Source: a virus. Taken from it: DNA of 64,000 nucleotides. The stretch's first letter is position 1. The number at the start of each line of letters is the position of its first letter. The notes under the pieces were generated by a model, which saw only the letters and a list, made by a program, of their open reading frames with translations, did not search any database and was not told the origin of the DNA. This document shows, piece after piece, positions 49,006-58,412 of this stretch. A program made the translations under genes and the position numbers. The stretch lies in IMG/VR virus record IMGVR_UViG_3300007734_000758; one strand, 5' to 3'.

Positions 49006-49228
49006 CTATTTCTTTTTAGGCGTACGCATCTGTGCCTTACGGACTGCCTTTTTCTCAGCATCACGTTGATCTTTTAGAACCTTTTCGATTCTAGAGATAT
49101 AGAAATTCCTAATAAATACTGGTAAATTGTATACATCCGCCCAATTGAATCCACCCTTACCGAAATAAATCAGATCGAATATTGATTCATGTATACGAAT
49201 TCTATCTTTAGGTTGTAGGCCAAAAAAA
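49006..49228 (-). CDS. frameshift extension of the tail assembly chaperone (gp51-like segment)
   Basis: FFGLQPKD...WADVYNLPVFIRNFYI begins at the 7-T run in the +1 frame of the upstream gene. Confidence 0.65.
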
Positions 49229-50068
49229 GTCCACTCCAATTGGAAGGGTAGCACGAAAGGGATCGCCGGTTTCCTCATCCGTAAACTCCAATTCAAGATT
49301 TACATCGGGAGTCATCATTTTTATGTATGCACGGAGAGCTCTTGAATCTGCTGCTAATAATTCTTTACTAACAAAATTCCTAATAATAGCCTTATCTTTA
49401 TTTCCATCAACTGAAACTATAGAATGGATCAACCTGGTAGAAAGCAATGTATCAGTGCCACCAGATATCTTTTTAGTACGTTTTACCTCTTCCTCAATCT
49501 CAGCCTGTTCTCGGTGTGAAAGGAGCTTATATGTAACTGTACGTTTAGACACGGGAAGTGTAAATTCAAATTCATTTACATTTTTAGGTAATGTATCAAA
49601 ATCAACCTCAATATTTTCTATACGCGTCAAATCAACGGTTTCTTTCTGTTGATTTCCGGAAGGCGTTTCAATCTCAACATCATAATCCTTTCCATATCCT
49701 AGAATCCTGGCAGTGATCATAATTGCATTCTTATCACATAAGAGTAAGTCTTGATAATTAACTCGTTTACCCTCACCATTTCCTACAATCATACTTTGGA
49801 ATAATTTATCTAAAACTACTCCCTGTTTGATATAGGACTGCGTAGTCAGGATATCTTCCTCTTTTGCGGTCATATATTTCATTTCTACCTTACCGGATGA
49901 GAGTGGATTTTCTGCCGGATAAAACCATCCTTTCGATGGCAATTCTAAAATTTCAGTCGGGAATTGGTATTTACCTGACTCACCTGTAGTTTGCTGTTCG
50001 TACTGTGCAGCAATTTCTTTTGCAATATCTGCATTTGGCTTTTTGTAATCATCTGTAACGATTGGCAT
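49208..50068 (-). CDS. tail/baseplate assembly chaperone (gp26-like)
   Basis: LPSKG.FY, MTAKEEDIL, LPVSK, DSRALR, FFWP; between tube and tape measure. Confidence 0.75.
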   Translation of the reverse strand: MPIVTDDYKKPNADIAKEIAAQYEQQTTGESGKYQFPTEILELPSKGWFYPAENPLSSGKVEMKYMTAKEEDILTTQSYIKQGVVLDKLFQSMIVGNGEGKRVNYQDLLLCDKNAIMITARILGYGKDYDVEIETPSGNQQKETVDLTRIENIEVDFDTLPKNVNEFEFTLPVSKRTVTYKLLSHREQAEIEEEVKRTKKISGGTDTLLSTRLIHSIVSVDGNKDKAIIRNFVSKELLAADSRALRAYIKMMTPDVNLELEFTDEETGDPFRATLPIGVDFFWPTT

Positions 50069-50104
50069 AGTGTAACTTCCTTTATTATAAATATAGATAA
50101 CATG

Positions 50105-50133
50105 AAAAACTCCCCTATATTATAGGAGAGTTT
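50105..50133 (-). terminator. rho-independent terminator after tail tube
   Basis: AAACTCTCCTATA/TATAGGGGAGTTT stem followed by T run on minus strand. Confidence 0.7.
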
Positions 50134-50161
50134 AAATTTATTCTTGGGTACGATTACGCCC

Positions 50162-50650
50162 TTAGAATTGCAATATGCAATAGTCGCAGCCAATGGTTAA
50201 TTCGATATTAACTGCATCTTCAGTCGACCAATCCATATTACCAAAGGTTGCACTCTTAATAAATGCGCCTTTAATAGTCCATTCTTCAACCTTATCACCG
50301 ATAGGACCTAATGAATTGAGTGTCAAATCTTTCTTGTAAAAGTCAGAATAACCATCACGGCCGGTTACTGATTCGTGGTGTAAACGTACCCACTCCATTA
50401 CTGCCTGAGCACCGGAAGGTACAATTGGATCATACAATGTCATTGTAATGTCCTGCCAACGTGACTTGCCCTTCAATTTACGTTCAACGTTAATGTGGTC
50501 AAGAACAATCTCACCTTGGTCAATTGATGGTCTATCAGTTGCTTTAATAATGAATGACGGGATACCATCAACATACATAATAAATCGCATGGCCACTTTC
50601 GGCTCATACGCGGTAAAAAATATTTCGGTAGGGTCTAAAATTTCTGGCAT
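50162..50650 (-). CDS. tail tube protein (gp19-like)
   Basis: EPK..RF, RP, GK..W.DIT.TLYDP, YKKD, E.W.+KGAF. Confidence 0.85.
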   Translation of the reverse strand: MPEILDPTEIFFTAYEPKVAMRFIMYVDGIPSFIIKATDRPSIDQGEIVLDHINVERKLKGKSRWQDITMTLYDPIVPSGAQAVMEWVRLHHESVTGRDGYSDFYKKDLTLNSLGPIGDKVEEWTIKGAFIKSATFGNMDWSTEDAVNIELTIGCDYCILQF

Positions 50651-50693
50651 AGGTTTGTTTCCTTTATACTAATAAATATCTACAAATTGAATT

Positions 50694-51143
50694 TTATTTA
50701 CTAAAAGTATACCACACAAGTTCACCACGTTCCTCATCCCAATCTGTATTCTCTTTTATTTTATACAACCGTTTCAATCGATTCAACATATTGCCGGGCA
50801 ATTCACGATAATTATCATAATTCACTAATATATCGCCATCCTCAGCCTGTAATAGAAAATCTGCACCACGAAATAACCTTTCTAAATACGTCTTTAATTC
50901 GATAACATTTGTATCTGTTTCTGAACCACGTTGTACAGTTACACCCTCTGTAACCGGAGCAGTTGTTTTCCGTAGCATTTCGGCAACCTGTTCACGTATA
51001 TATGAACGTATTTCATGCATGTGCAATGCCGCCAAATATTTCTTTAATGCTTCCTTAGTTCCTTTAGTTGCACCAACTCGTTTACCGGAGTCCTTTTTAT
51101 ATACGACGTATTTATCACCTTGTTTTTTATATGTATATGGCAT
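50694..51143 (-). CDS. hypothetical protein
   Basis: Basic N-terminus, internal IRSYIRE leader-like segment; late motif upstream. Confidence 0.6.
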   Translation of the reverse strand: MPYTYKKQGDKYVVYKKDSGKRVGATKGTKEALKKYLAALHMHEIRSYIREQVAEMLRKTTAPVTEGVTVQRGSETDTNVIELKTYLERLFRGADFLLQAEDGDILVNYDNYRELPGNMLNRLKRLYKIKENTDWDEERGELVWYTFSK

Positions 51144-51178
51144 AGGACGGTTCTGATTTTTATATAATAATAAATATC

Positions 51179-52693
51179 TTAACGATTAAAAAGTACATAT
51201 TTTAGGTTGCCACAATCCCATACCCGATCAAATTTCATACTCAACATATTCTCCCACTCGGTCTTCGATTTATCACCTCCCAATTTATTGACAATCCTGC
51301 CTTTCGTGAAATTAAATCTATGATACCTGTGTATGCCTTTAATATACCAGTAATTAGGATCCGATATCGACTCCAACTTAAACCCATTCTTTTCATATAT
51401 GTTATCAGTGACTGATGTCCAGCGCCTATCTGCATATGATATAATACTAGATGGATTGTACTTCGCTACAACGAATTTTATCATTTTATCGAACATGCCC
51501 GGCGTGGAGGTATTTAATTCTACCGCATATCTGACAATCTCTAAAGTATTCGTTAAACCTTTATTGGAACCTAACGATTTTCTAGGATTAGATAACGACA
51601 TAACTGAAACCAACGCACCATCATAAAACGCCCCTATATGTATTTTTGCTGATATACTGCCTTGAATATGATTTGCATTTAAAAAATCCTTTACTTGATT
51701 GTGTGCTATTTCCTGGAGTGTACATTTTCTAGTGTGAACGGTTCTTCTATCTAATTTATTAACCTGGTTCAAAATCTTTTTTTCTACAATCTCACGTTTA
51801 GATAACCACTCATCTTGGAATATGTGTATTAGTTTGATACCATTAGCTTCGGCAATTTCTGTTTTATTTAAATGGTACTTTTTCGTTTTACCTCCATGAT
51901 ATTCAGAGTGCCAGTACAACCCATTATATTCAATAGCTAGATCAAAATCCGGCAAAAATATATCAAATTCTACGCCCAAATTTCTATAAGGCGCTATTAC
52001 TCGAATATCATGTTCTTTTATGAAATCAATTAGTTGAAGTTCTTCTTTTGATTGATAACAGTACTTCCTCGATATATTTAATTTTGAAGTGATTGAACTA
52101 TGTAAATCATGTAAACGGTCACTTAATATCGGCGCATTTGGAAAACGCCGCTTGTAATCACTTATACTGATACCGTGAATTGATTTCATATGAGTGTTTG
52201 ATATCTTATGGAAATCATCACCGCACAGTAAACACTTTACAGACGATTCTATGACTTTTTTGTCGAAGTATCTATTCCATAAACCAGAATAGGTTGGGTA
52301 CTTATCGATAAATGATTCAGGTGTGTACCCATGTGAATGTATATGTATCGTAAAACATCCACTCTTATTCATAAGATCTTTGGTTTTCCATTCACATTCC
52401 GGACAACCTATATATTCACACTGCTGTCTATCGATAACATCATAATGATTTGAGATAGAAGTAAACTGTATATTGTGTTTTGATTCAATATGTATCCGTA
52501 AGTGACCAGATACATTATATACATCATTACTAATATGATCACATAATTTACACTTTATCTGCTTATCGGTTTGTTTTTTCTTTTTTGTACAGCGGCTAGT
52601 ATTGTATTCAGTATCTGAAAACTTACAAGCGTTAGAACAGTATATTCGTTTAACATTATCGAAAACATTCTCGCACATCTTACATTTTTTCAT
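51179..52693 (-). CDS. Hef-like free-standing homing endonuclease with zinc fingers
   Basis: Several CxxC/C2H2 units; DIFLP..LAIEYNGLYWHS, IHIFQDEW, NHIQG, YADRRW, WDCG. Confidence 0.8.
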   Translation of the reverse strand: MKKCKMCENVFDNVKRIYCSNACKFSDTEYNTSRCTKKKKQTDKQIKCKLCDHISNDVYNVSGHLRIHIESKHNIQFTSISNHYDVIDRQQCEYIGCPECEWKTKDLMNKSGCFTIHIHSHGYTPESFIDKYPTYSGLWNRYFDKKVIESSVKCLLCGDDFHKISNTHMKSIHGISISDYKRRFPNAPILSDRLHDLHSSITSKLNISRKYCYQSKEELQLIDFIKEHDIRVIAPYRNLGVEFDIFLPDFDLAIEYNGLYWHSEYHGGKTKKYHLNKTEIAEANGIKLIHIFQDEWLSKREIVEKKILNQVNKLDRRTVHTRKCTLQEIAHNQVKDFLNANHIQGSISAKIHIGAFYDGALVSVMSLSNPRKSLGSNKGLTNTLEIVRYAVELNTSTPGMFDKMIKFVVAKYNPSSIISYADRRWTSVTDNIYEKNGFKLESISDPNYWYIKGIHRYHRFNFTKGRIVNKLGGDKSKTEWENMLSMKFDRVWDCGNLKYVLFNR

Positions 52694-52762
52694 CTTTACT
52701 CCGTATATTAGGATCTAATATAATAATAAATATACGAACAAACAAGAAAACATACAGGTTGT

Positions 52763-52791
52763 AAAAAAAGGCGCCTTACGGGGCGCCTTTT
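52763..52791 (-). terminator. rho-independent terminator after major capsid gene
   Basis: AAAAGGCGCC...GGCGCCTTTT GC stem with T run. Confidence 0.9.
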
Positions 52792-52809
52792 ATATTGTAT
52801 ATGCTAAGA

Positions 52810-54498
52810 TTAGATAGTATTTAAACCTTTTACATATATTTTTCCGTAGAATTCCGGACGAACTACTTTTTTCGCATAACGAGTCATTACCCCTTTACGC
52901 GGTGTGAAGTTCGTAGGATCATAAACAAGTGGTGTCATGATCAATGGAATATACGGACTGTAAACAGCACCTGTCTCAAGGAACTGAGAACCACGATATC
53001 CTAACAGGATCAGGTTTTCAGTCATATAAGGATTCTTATATACTTGGAAGCGGCTGTTTAACTGGCCGATCTTCTGAACACCCATAGCAAACTGCATTTT
53101 GTTGCCATCGGTATCGGCAGCGTATCCAGGAATAGATTCGAGGATCGTTGCAACGGTAGGAGATACTACTACGAAGTTAGCACCACCACGCATTGTCAAC
53201 TGATGAATCTTGTTACTTACCTTCTGGATTTTGGTACCAAGAGTTTGGAACCATCCACCCTGGGTATTGTAGAATCCACCAGTGGTTGCAGACTGCTGAG
53301 TGAATGCTGAACCATCCCAAATTTCGTTGTTAACCGCTGACCAATATTCTGTGGTCTGTGCGTTGTTAACTAACATATCCAGGATCTCTAAATCGATCTC
53401 GTGAGAGATATATTCAGATAACATTGAAGTCAATTCTGCTTCAGCGTCGATTGCATGGTATGCATTCAAGTCTTGAGCAAATTCAGGAGTCCAAACTGCC
53501 TTTAATTTACGTGTCTTAGCAACGATTGCCTCAGAACGTAATTCAAGGTTGATTTCCGGAATACTTAAATCCTGACCAACTGCAGAAGATCCTTGAGTCT
53601 TACCATCTTCAAAATCACCACGAGTGATATTTGTAGGTTGCTTCTGGTAATATACCTTAGCGGATGCCAATCCATCATTGGCTGCAGAAGCAGATACGAG
53701 GAAGGTAATCGTACCAGCAGCTTTGTTATACTTCGTGAATTCAGGATAGAAAGTGTTAACAGTGCTACCAGAGATAGCAAAACCACGAACGCCATTGAAG
53801 TCAGCGTTAGCGAGTGATGCAGTAGCTACTGTTACTTTCACAATTGAACCAGCAATAATGCTAGCACCAACGCTAGAAGAGAATTCAGTATTGTAGTTAT
53901 AATCTGCATTGGCAGCACCTGTAGCTACGTCAGCTACGGTAAACGTAGTAGAGTTAAGAGTCGAACCGGAGCTTAACAGAGAAGAGGTAACAGCGTTGAT
54001 TGAATAACCAAAACGGCCTGCACCATAAAGACCCTGTGTTCCTGCGGTTCCAGGATTGATGCTAGTACCATTACCACCAGCATCAGTGATACCAAATACT
54101 GAATCAGCCTGAGAAGTACGACCTTGACCAGTTAAGAATCCGAAAGGACCATCCTGGTTAGTGCCGTATTTGAAATCCAGGAAGAATACCAGTCCTGAAG
54201 GCATTGACATAGGCTGTACAGAAACGAAATCTTTTGCCGCAATTTCTGCGAATACACGGCGAACAAGTGGAAGGGCAATACCGTTCCATTCTTCTGAACC
54301 TGCAGAAGTACCAGTTTGGTTAGCCTCGGTAACCAACTGCTTGGCTTGGTTCTCTAACAGAACCGCCATACCGGTCTTTTCGTAGTCCTTTGCAAGACCT
54401 TCGAGAAGACCTGTTTTTTGCCATTTGTCTACTAATGCTTTAGACTTAGCCTGTAAAGCACTGTATTCACTATTTGGCAATAATTGAGATACATTCAT
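52810..54498 (-). CDS. major capsid protein (T4 gp23-like)
   Basis: LVRR, VQPM..PSGL.F, AKTRKLKA.WT.E.AQDL.A.H..DAEAEL, YSPYIPL, PRKGVMTRY. Confidence 0.97.
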   Translation of the reverse strand: MNVSQLLPNSEYSALQAKSKALVDKWQKTGLLEGLAKDYEKTGMAVLLENQAKQLVTEANQTGTSAGSEEWNGIALPLVRRVFAEIAAKDFVSVQPMSMPSGLVFFLDFKYGTNQDGPFGFLTGQGRTSQADSVFGITDAGGNGTSINPGTAGTQGLYGAGRFGYSINAVTSSLLSSGSTLNSTTFTVADVATGAANADYNYNTEFSSSVGASIIAGSIVKVTVATASLANADFNGVRGFAISGSTVNTFYPEFTKYNKAAGTITFLVSASAANDGLASAKVYYQKQPTNITRGDFEDGKTQGSSAVGQDLSIPEINLELRSEAIVAKTRKLKAVWTPEFAQDLNAYHAIDAEAELTSMLSEYISHEIDLEILDMLVNNAQTTEYWSAVNNEIWDGSAFTQQSATTGGFYNTQGGWFQTLGTKIQKVSNKIHQLTMRGGANFVVVSPTVATILESIPGYAADTDGNKMQFAMGVQKIGQLNSRFQVYKNPYMTENLILLGYRGSQFLETGAVYSPYIPLIMTPLVYDPTNFTPRKGVMTRYAKKVVRPEFYGKIYVKGLNTI

Positions 54499-54522
54499 CT
54501 TTTTTTCCTTTTTTTAGATGTT

Positions 54523-55380
54523 TTAAATTAAACCAGCTAAATACTTCATACGATTAGCTAATTCATTGCCTTCGCTTAAGATTTCTTTGCTAGGTGCAGT
54601 TGAACGGCTAGGTTTAGATGCAGCTGATTCTTTAATTGTTTTCTTTGTTGTTTTCGACTTAAATGCTTCACTTAAGGTAGCGTATACTAATTTAACTTCA
54701 CGGATCGTGTTTGCACGGTCAAAGTTTTCAATTACGCGTAATTTTTGTGCTTCACTTAAATCGTAATTTTTAAATAACTTGTTGCTAAATAACAATTTAG
54801 CATTAAGCATGTTCACTTCGTTGATCTGGCTACGAAGGAATTCGATAGTGCGATAGGCTTCTTCTAATTCGTCTTCTTTTTCCTCTTCTTCCTCAACAGT
54901 CTGCTCGGCTTTTTCTTCTTTCATTTCTTCTTCGCCTTCTTCTTCAGACAGTGATTGGATGAGTTCTTCTAGATCGACTTCTTCGCCCTCTTCGCCTTCT
55001 TCCATTTCGTCTTCCATCTCAGCTTCTTTCATTTCTTCAGAATCTTCACCTTCTAATTCACGAATAATAGACTCAAGATCTAAATCTTCGTCTTCTTCTT
55101 CTTCGTACTCTTCTTCCGGTGTTTCATCTTCGAAATCCATTTCAGCTTCAACGTCTTCCATATCATCCTCTTCAGCTTCTTTAGTCATTTCAGGCTCTGT
55201 TAATTCTTCTTCTTCCTTAACAGATTCTTCTTCTTCTTCCATTTCTTCAGAAAGCTTAGCGGATAACATGCTTTGTAACCTAGGGGCAAATGCCTCCTCT
55301 AATGCTAACTTAGCATTCGCTAATGCAGATTCACGTACGGCTTTCGCATCAGCAATTGCTTCTTTTAACAAATCTCTCAT
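54523..55380 (-). CDS. prohead core scaffold protein (gp22-like)
   Basis: Highly acidic coiled coil with many L/I-x-E sites, directly upstream of MCP. Confidence 0.8.
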   Translation of the reverse strand: MRDLLKEAIADAKAVRESALANAKLALEEAFAPRLQSMLSAKLSEEMEEEEESVKEEEELTEPEMTKEAEEDDMEDVEAEMDFEDETPEEEYEEEEDEDLDLESIIRELEGEDSEEMKEAEMEDEMEEGEEGEEVDLEELIQSLSEEEGEEEMKEEKAEQTVEEEEEKEDELEEAYRTIEFLRSQINEVNMLNAKLLFSNKLFKNYDLSEAQKLRVIENFDRANTIREVKLVYATLSEAFKSKTTKKTIKESAASKPSRSTAPSKEILSEGNELANRMKYLAGLI

Positions 55381-55501
55381 GATTTATCCTTTAATTTAAT
55401 TTCAGGAAATAAGATTATTGGAAATCTTAATGGTGGGTAGTTATAATGTAATTGCGTATTAGGCACGCAATATAATTCTATAATATATATGTACGTACAT
55501 G

Positions 55502-55542
55502 AAAAAACATCCAAAATTCTTAAAAAAGTTTCTTGGATGTTT
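55502..55542 (-). terminator. possible terminator after bS21
   Basis: AAACATCCAA/TTGGATGTTT inverted repeat with long loop and T run. Confidence 0.45.
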
Positions 55543-55567
55543 CAATCTTTAATTTAACTGATCTGCT

Positions 55568-55783
55568 TTACCGGAACTGCTCCCGATAAATAGCGTTTAA
55601 AATTTGGCGCCTACGACGTACTGACGGTTTTTCATATTCCTGTAGTTCGTGTAATCTTTCGATGTTCTTTGATCGTTTTAAGTCTTGTTTCCAAATTTTG
55701 ATAGCAGTGTTGATGTCATTGTTAATTACTCGTGCTCCCGTCCCTACTATCATAGACGCCAAGTGTTTTTTGTTTAATCCCAT
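55568..55783 (-). CDS. rpsU: phage-encoded ribosomal protein bS21
   Basis: RVINNDINTAIKIWKQ...ERLHELQEYEKPSVRRR matches bS21 pattern; ATG 55783 preferred over the track start. Confidence 0.8.
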   Translation of the reverse strand: MGLNKKHLASMIVGTGARVINNDINTAIKIWKQDLKRSKNIERLHELQEYEKPSVRRRRQILNAIYREQFR

Positions 55784-55829
55784 GTTGTTTTGTTTTTGTT
55801 TATAACTGTTTGTATTTAAATAACCTGTA

Positions 55830-56075
55830 TTATTCTTCTCCCGCAACCATATCAGCAACAGCAGCTTCATAAACCCCTAACATATCTACCAATGCATTTG
55901 CCTGCTGATTGGTCATTGAACCTGCAGATATCATATTCTTAAGAAATGTATTTATCTGTCCCTTTACCTGTTTAACGGCAGCAGTATCTGAACCGGCTAT
56001 CGGTACACGTACTGCTTCGGACATTACTTTACCGATTTCTTCTCGGATGATTGATTGTAATTCTGAACGTTTCAT
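55830..56075 (-). CDS. small protein with MKRSEL..IIREE leader
   Basis: Shared leader; head gene cluster. Confidence 0.65.
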   Translation of the reverse strand: MKRSELQSIIREEIGKVMSEAVRVPIAGSDTAAVKQVKGQINTFLKNMISAGSMTNQQANALVDMLGVYEAAVADMVAGEE

Positions 56076-56467
56076 TTTAATGATTCGCCTACCTTATAGT
56101 ACTTACTTAATACTTGACCCATATCATCATATGCGGCCTCTAAACGTTGCTGCAATCCTGACATTTCAGTTGCGGTCTTTTCAAATATCTTATATGCTTC
56201 TTTTAACTGCTTCATGTGACGAGATACTGTAACATTGTCAAACCAATGCTCAGATTCTTGAAGCGTTAAATGTTCAGCAATCTCAATAATATTGCTAATT
56301 TCCCGTAACATTTCATTTACATTTTTAGCAGTATAGATCGAGTCTCCATAATTATGGAAATTAGCTACTGCCTCCATGAATTGACGCTTCTCTTCAGAAG
56401 TGAATTTTTTAGGTTCTTCCTTCTCTCCGAGGTATTTTTCATTAATCAATGATTTTAAATTTGCCAT
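56072..56467 (-). CDS. hypothetical head-cluster protein
   Basis: MANLKSLINE; helical; WFD.VTV.R.MK. Confidence 0.65.
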   Translation of the reverse strand: MANLKSLINEKYLGEKEEPKKFTSEEKRQFMEAVANFHNYGDSIYTAKNVNEMLREISNIIEIAEHLTLQESEHWFDNVTVSRHMKQLKEAYKIFEKTATEMSGLQQRLEAAYDDMGQVLSKYYKVGESLK

Positions 56468-56488
56468 ACGATTTCTTTTATATAATTA

Positions 56489-56728
56489 TCAATACTTTGC
56501 GCCGATACGTTTAAGAATAGCCGAATGAGTCTTAAGCATTTCTTCTAATGACTTTTTTACTCCCATTACATCCGCACTTGCGGTTATAGATTTAGATAGA
56601 TTATTTATATCACGTACAATACGAGCATAATTCTTAACCGGATCTGGTTTACTAGATGAAAACATATCTTCACTCATTACTTTATCTACTTCTTCTCGGA
56701 TAATATTTCTTAATTCTGATGCTTTCAT
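56489..56728 (-). CDS. small protein with MKASEL..IIREE leader
   Basis: Shared leader; late motif 5 nt upstream. Confidence 0.65.
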   Translation of the reverse strand: MKASELRNIIREEVDKVMSEDMFSSSKPDPVKNYARIVRDINNLSKSITASADVMGVKKSLEEMLKTHSAILKRIGAKY

Positions 56729-56757
56729 ATACTATAAATATCTATTAATTTTACTTA

Positions 56758-57549
56758 TTACTTAAATTCGGGATATGTACGTTTCATGTTATCCAGGATA
56801 AACTTAGCACACACATCATCTCCCTCTTTTGTAGTATCTAAGTGGATTGATGTTTGGCGTTGCTTCATCCAGGCAAATTTAAAAGCAAAACCATCACTAC
56901 GTACAGTTTCACCATCTGTCCAAAGATATCCGCATGAATCATTTACCCAAACGTTATTAAGGCGACTATTGTTTGCAATACAGTCTTCTACTAAGAATTT
57001 ATTTGACCAACCATTATGATATCCGGATGGGGTTACAAATTTAGTATCAGCCACTTTGTATTCACACAGGCGAGAAAATAATTCTACATGCTTCAGGTTC
57101 GGACATTTTCCTTTTGACTGAGAAACAAAATCTTTCATCTTGTTTTTCAATGCAATTGCTGATGCTGGGAAAGCATTGCTTCCGTCACGCAAATCATCGT
57201 GACACATAATAATACCTTGAACATCTGCATAGGTATAACCATTAGCAGAAAGAGTTGAGGTTACATTCTTCCAACCCGCACCATCAGGCATCAACCAATC
57301 ATTTATGTCTTGTGCACCGACACAACAGTTGAGGATATCAACATCTACAAGTGCATTGCCTAATTTTTCTAACTGCGTTGATATTTGGCCCGGAGTACTT
57401 GCTCCGATACAAATAAATACAATCTTCTTATTTCCTACCTTACTTAGTATAGGTCGCTTTGACAAATGATCTGGGGTAGATCCTAATTTAACAGGATAGC
57501 CGTTATATACGGCTGATGTGTTATTAATTAATGGAGTATAAGTTGGCAT
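56758..57549 (-). CDS. hypothetical protein, possible SGNH-like hydrolase
   Basis: FICIGAST, NCCVGAQ, C-terminal SIHL...G. Confidence 0.4.
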   Translation of the reverse strand: MPTYTPLINNTSAVYNGYPVKLGSTPDHLSKRPILSKVGNKKIVFICIGASTPGQISTQLEKLGNALVDVDILNCCVGAQDINDWLMPDGAGWKNVTSTLSANGYTYADVQGIIMCHDDLRDGSNAFPASAIALKNKMKDFVSQSKGKCPNLKHVELFSRLCEYKVADTKFVTPSGYHNGWSNKFLVEDCIANNSRLNNVWVNDSCGYLWTDGETVRSDGFAFKFAWMKQRQTSIHLDTTKEGDDVCAKFILDNMKRTYPEFK

Positions 57550-57569
57550 ATTGTTCCTTTTTTTATTTA

Positions 57570-57785
57570 TTAACCAGCTAACGGATCTTCTGTCGGAACA
57601 GGTCCGGCATCATATCCATATAAACTAAGCCTTGTCTGTAATTGTACGGGGTCAGCGAACGCATCTTCTGTAGTAATATTACTATATAGACTTGTACGCG
57701 TTTGTAATTCAGGATTAGCAAATACATCCTCTACGGGTCCTGCCGGATCCGGTGCATAAATTGATACCATATCTACTAGTGCCAT
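57570..57785 (-). CDS. small acidic protein with internal repeat
   Basis: EDVFANPELQTRTSLY / EDAFADPVQLQTRLSLY; AGPV twice. Confidence 0.6.
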   Translation of the reverse strand: MALVDMVSIYAPDPAGPVEDVFANPELQTRTSLYSNITTEDAFADPVQLQTRLSLYGYDAGPVPTEDPLAG

Positions 57786-57797
57786 AAATTCCTCGGT

Positions 57798-58412
57798 TTA
57801 AACGTTACCTAATATATCTGTTACGATATTGTTAATTCGCTGAATCTGATCAAATTTAGGATTTGCGTTGATTGATTCCTGAATCTTTGATGGCGACAGA
57901 AATGCACCATGAGTCGATGGATTAGATACAAAATCAAACGCAATTAATTCGAAGTCCGGTTGAACTTCAACAGCTCCCGTTTCACGTAATTCTTTTACTG
58001 AACCCAATCCACGTGAACTGATTCCTAAACGAATACCTGCCTTAAACAATTCCTTAAGGATATTACCTGCAGGTGTGGACAACACTTCAACTGTTCCTAC
58101 TAAATCATCGCCATCCCAATGCATCTCTAACACATTGTGTGATACGTTACTTAAATTTACCACACTAGAATCCGGATGATCTAATTCTCCCAATGCACGA
58201 CGTTCACCAATAAATGTTTTAGCATATTTGGTGGCTTCACGCATTAAGATTTCTTTAGGGTAGATTCTACCGTTATGATTCTTAGCATTAGCACGCTGCA
58301 ATACGCCAGATACAACTAATCGGCCATTATTGCGTTCCATAGACTCATTAATCTGTCTAGGGGATACTTCAAATAACGTATAATCTACTAATAATTGCTT
58401 GTCCATGATCAT
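57798..58412 (-). CDS. prohead protease (T4 gp21-like)
   Basis: NHNGRIYP, GELDHP, VSH, TPAG, GISSRGLGS, FDFVSNPS. Confidence 0.95.
   Translation of the reverse strand: MIMDKQLLVDYTLFEVSPRQINESMERNNGRLVVSGVLQRANAKNHNGRIYPKEILMREATKYAKTFIGERRALGELDHPDSSVVNLSNVSHNVLEMHWDGDDLVGTVEVLSTPAGNILKELFKAGIRLGISSRGLGSVKELRETGAVEVQPDFELIAFDFVSNPSTHGAFLSPSKIQESINANPKFDQIQRINNIVTDILGNV

Noticed and set aside
49229-49296. Track start for the 96-aa ORF 49006-49296
   Set aside because: This part overlaps the conserved chaperone C-terminus; plausible protein sequence starts only at the T run
5584-53795. Short alternative-frame minus-strand ORFs (5584, 10567, 22956, 30776, 46158, 51241, 53565)
   Set aside because: Nested within larger conserved genes, with no motifs or initiation signals
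55784-55870. N-terminal extension of bS21 in the track
   Set aside because: Overlaps the upstream gene and an A-rich leader; ATG 55783 gives a normal bS21 length
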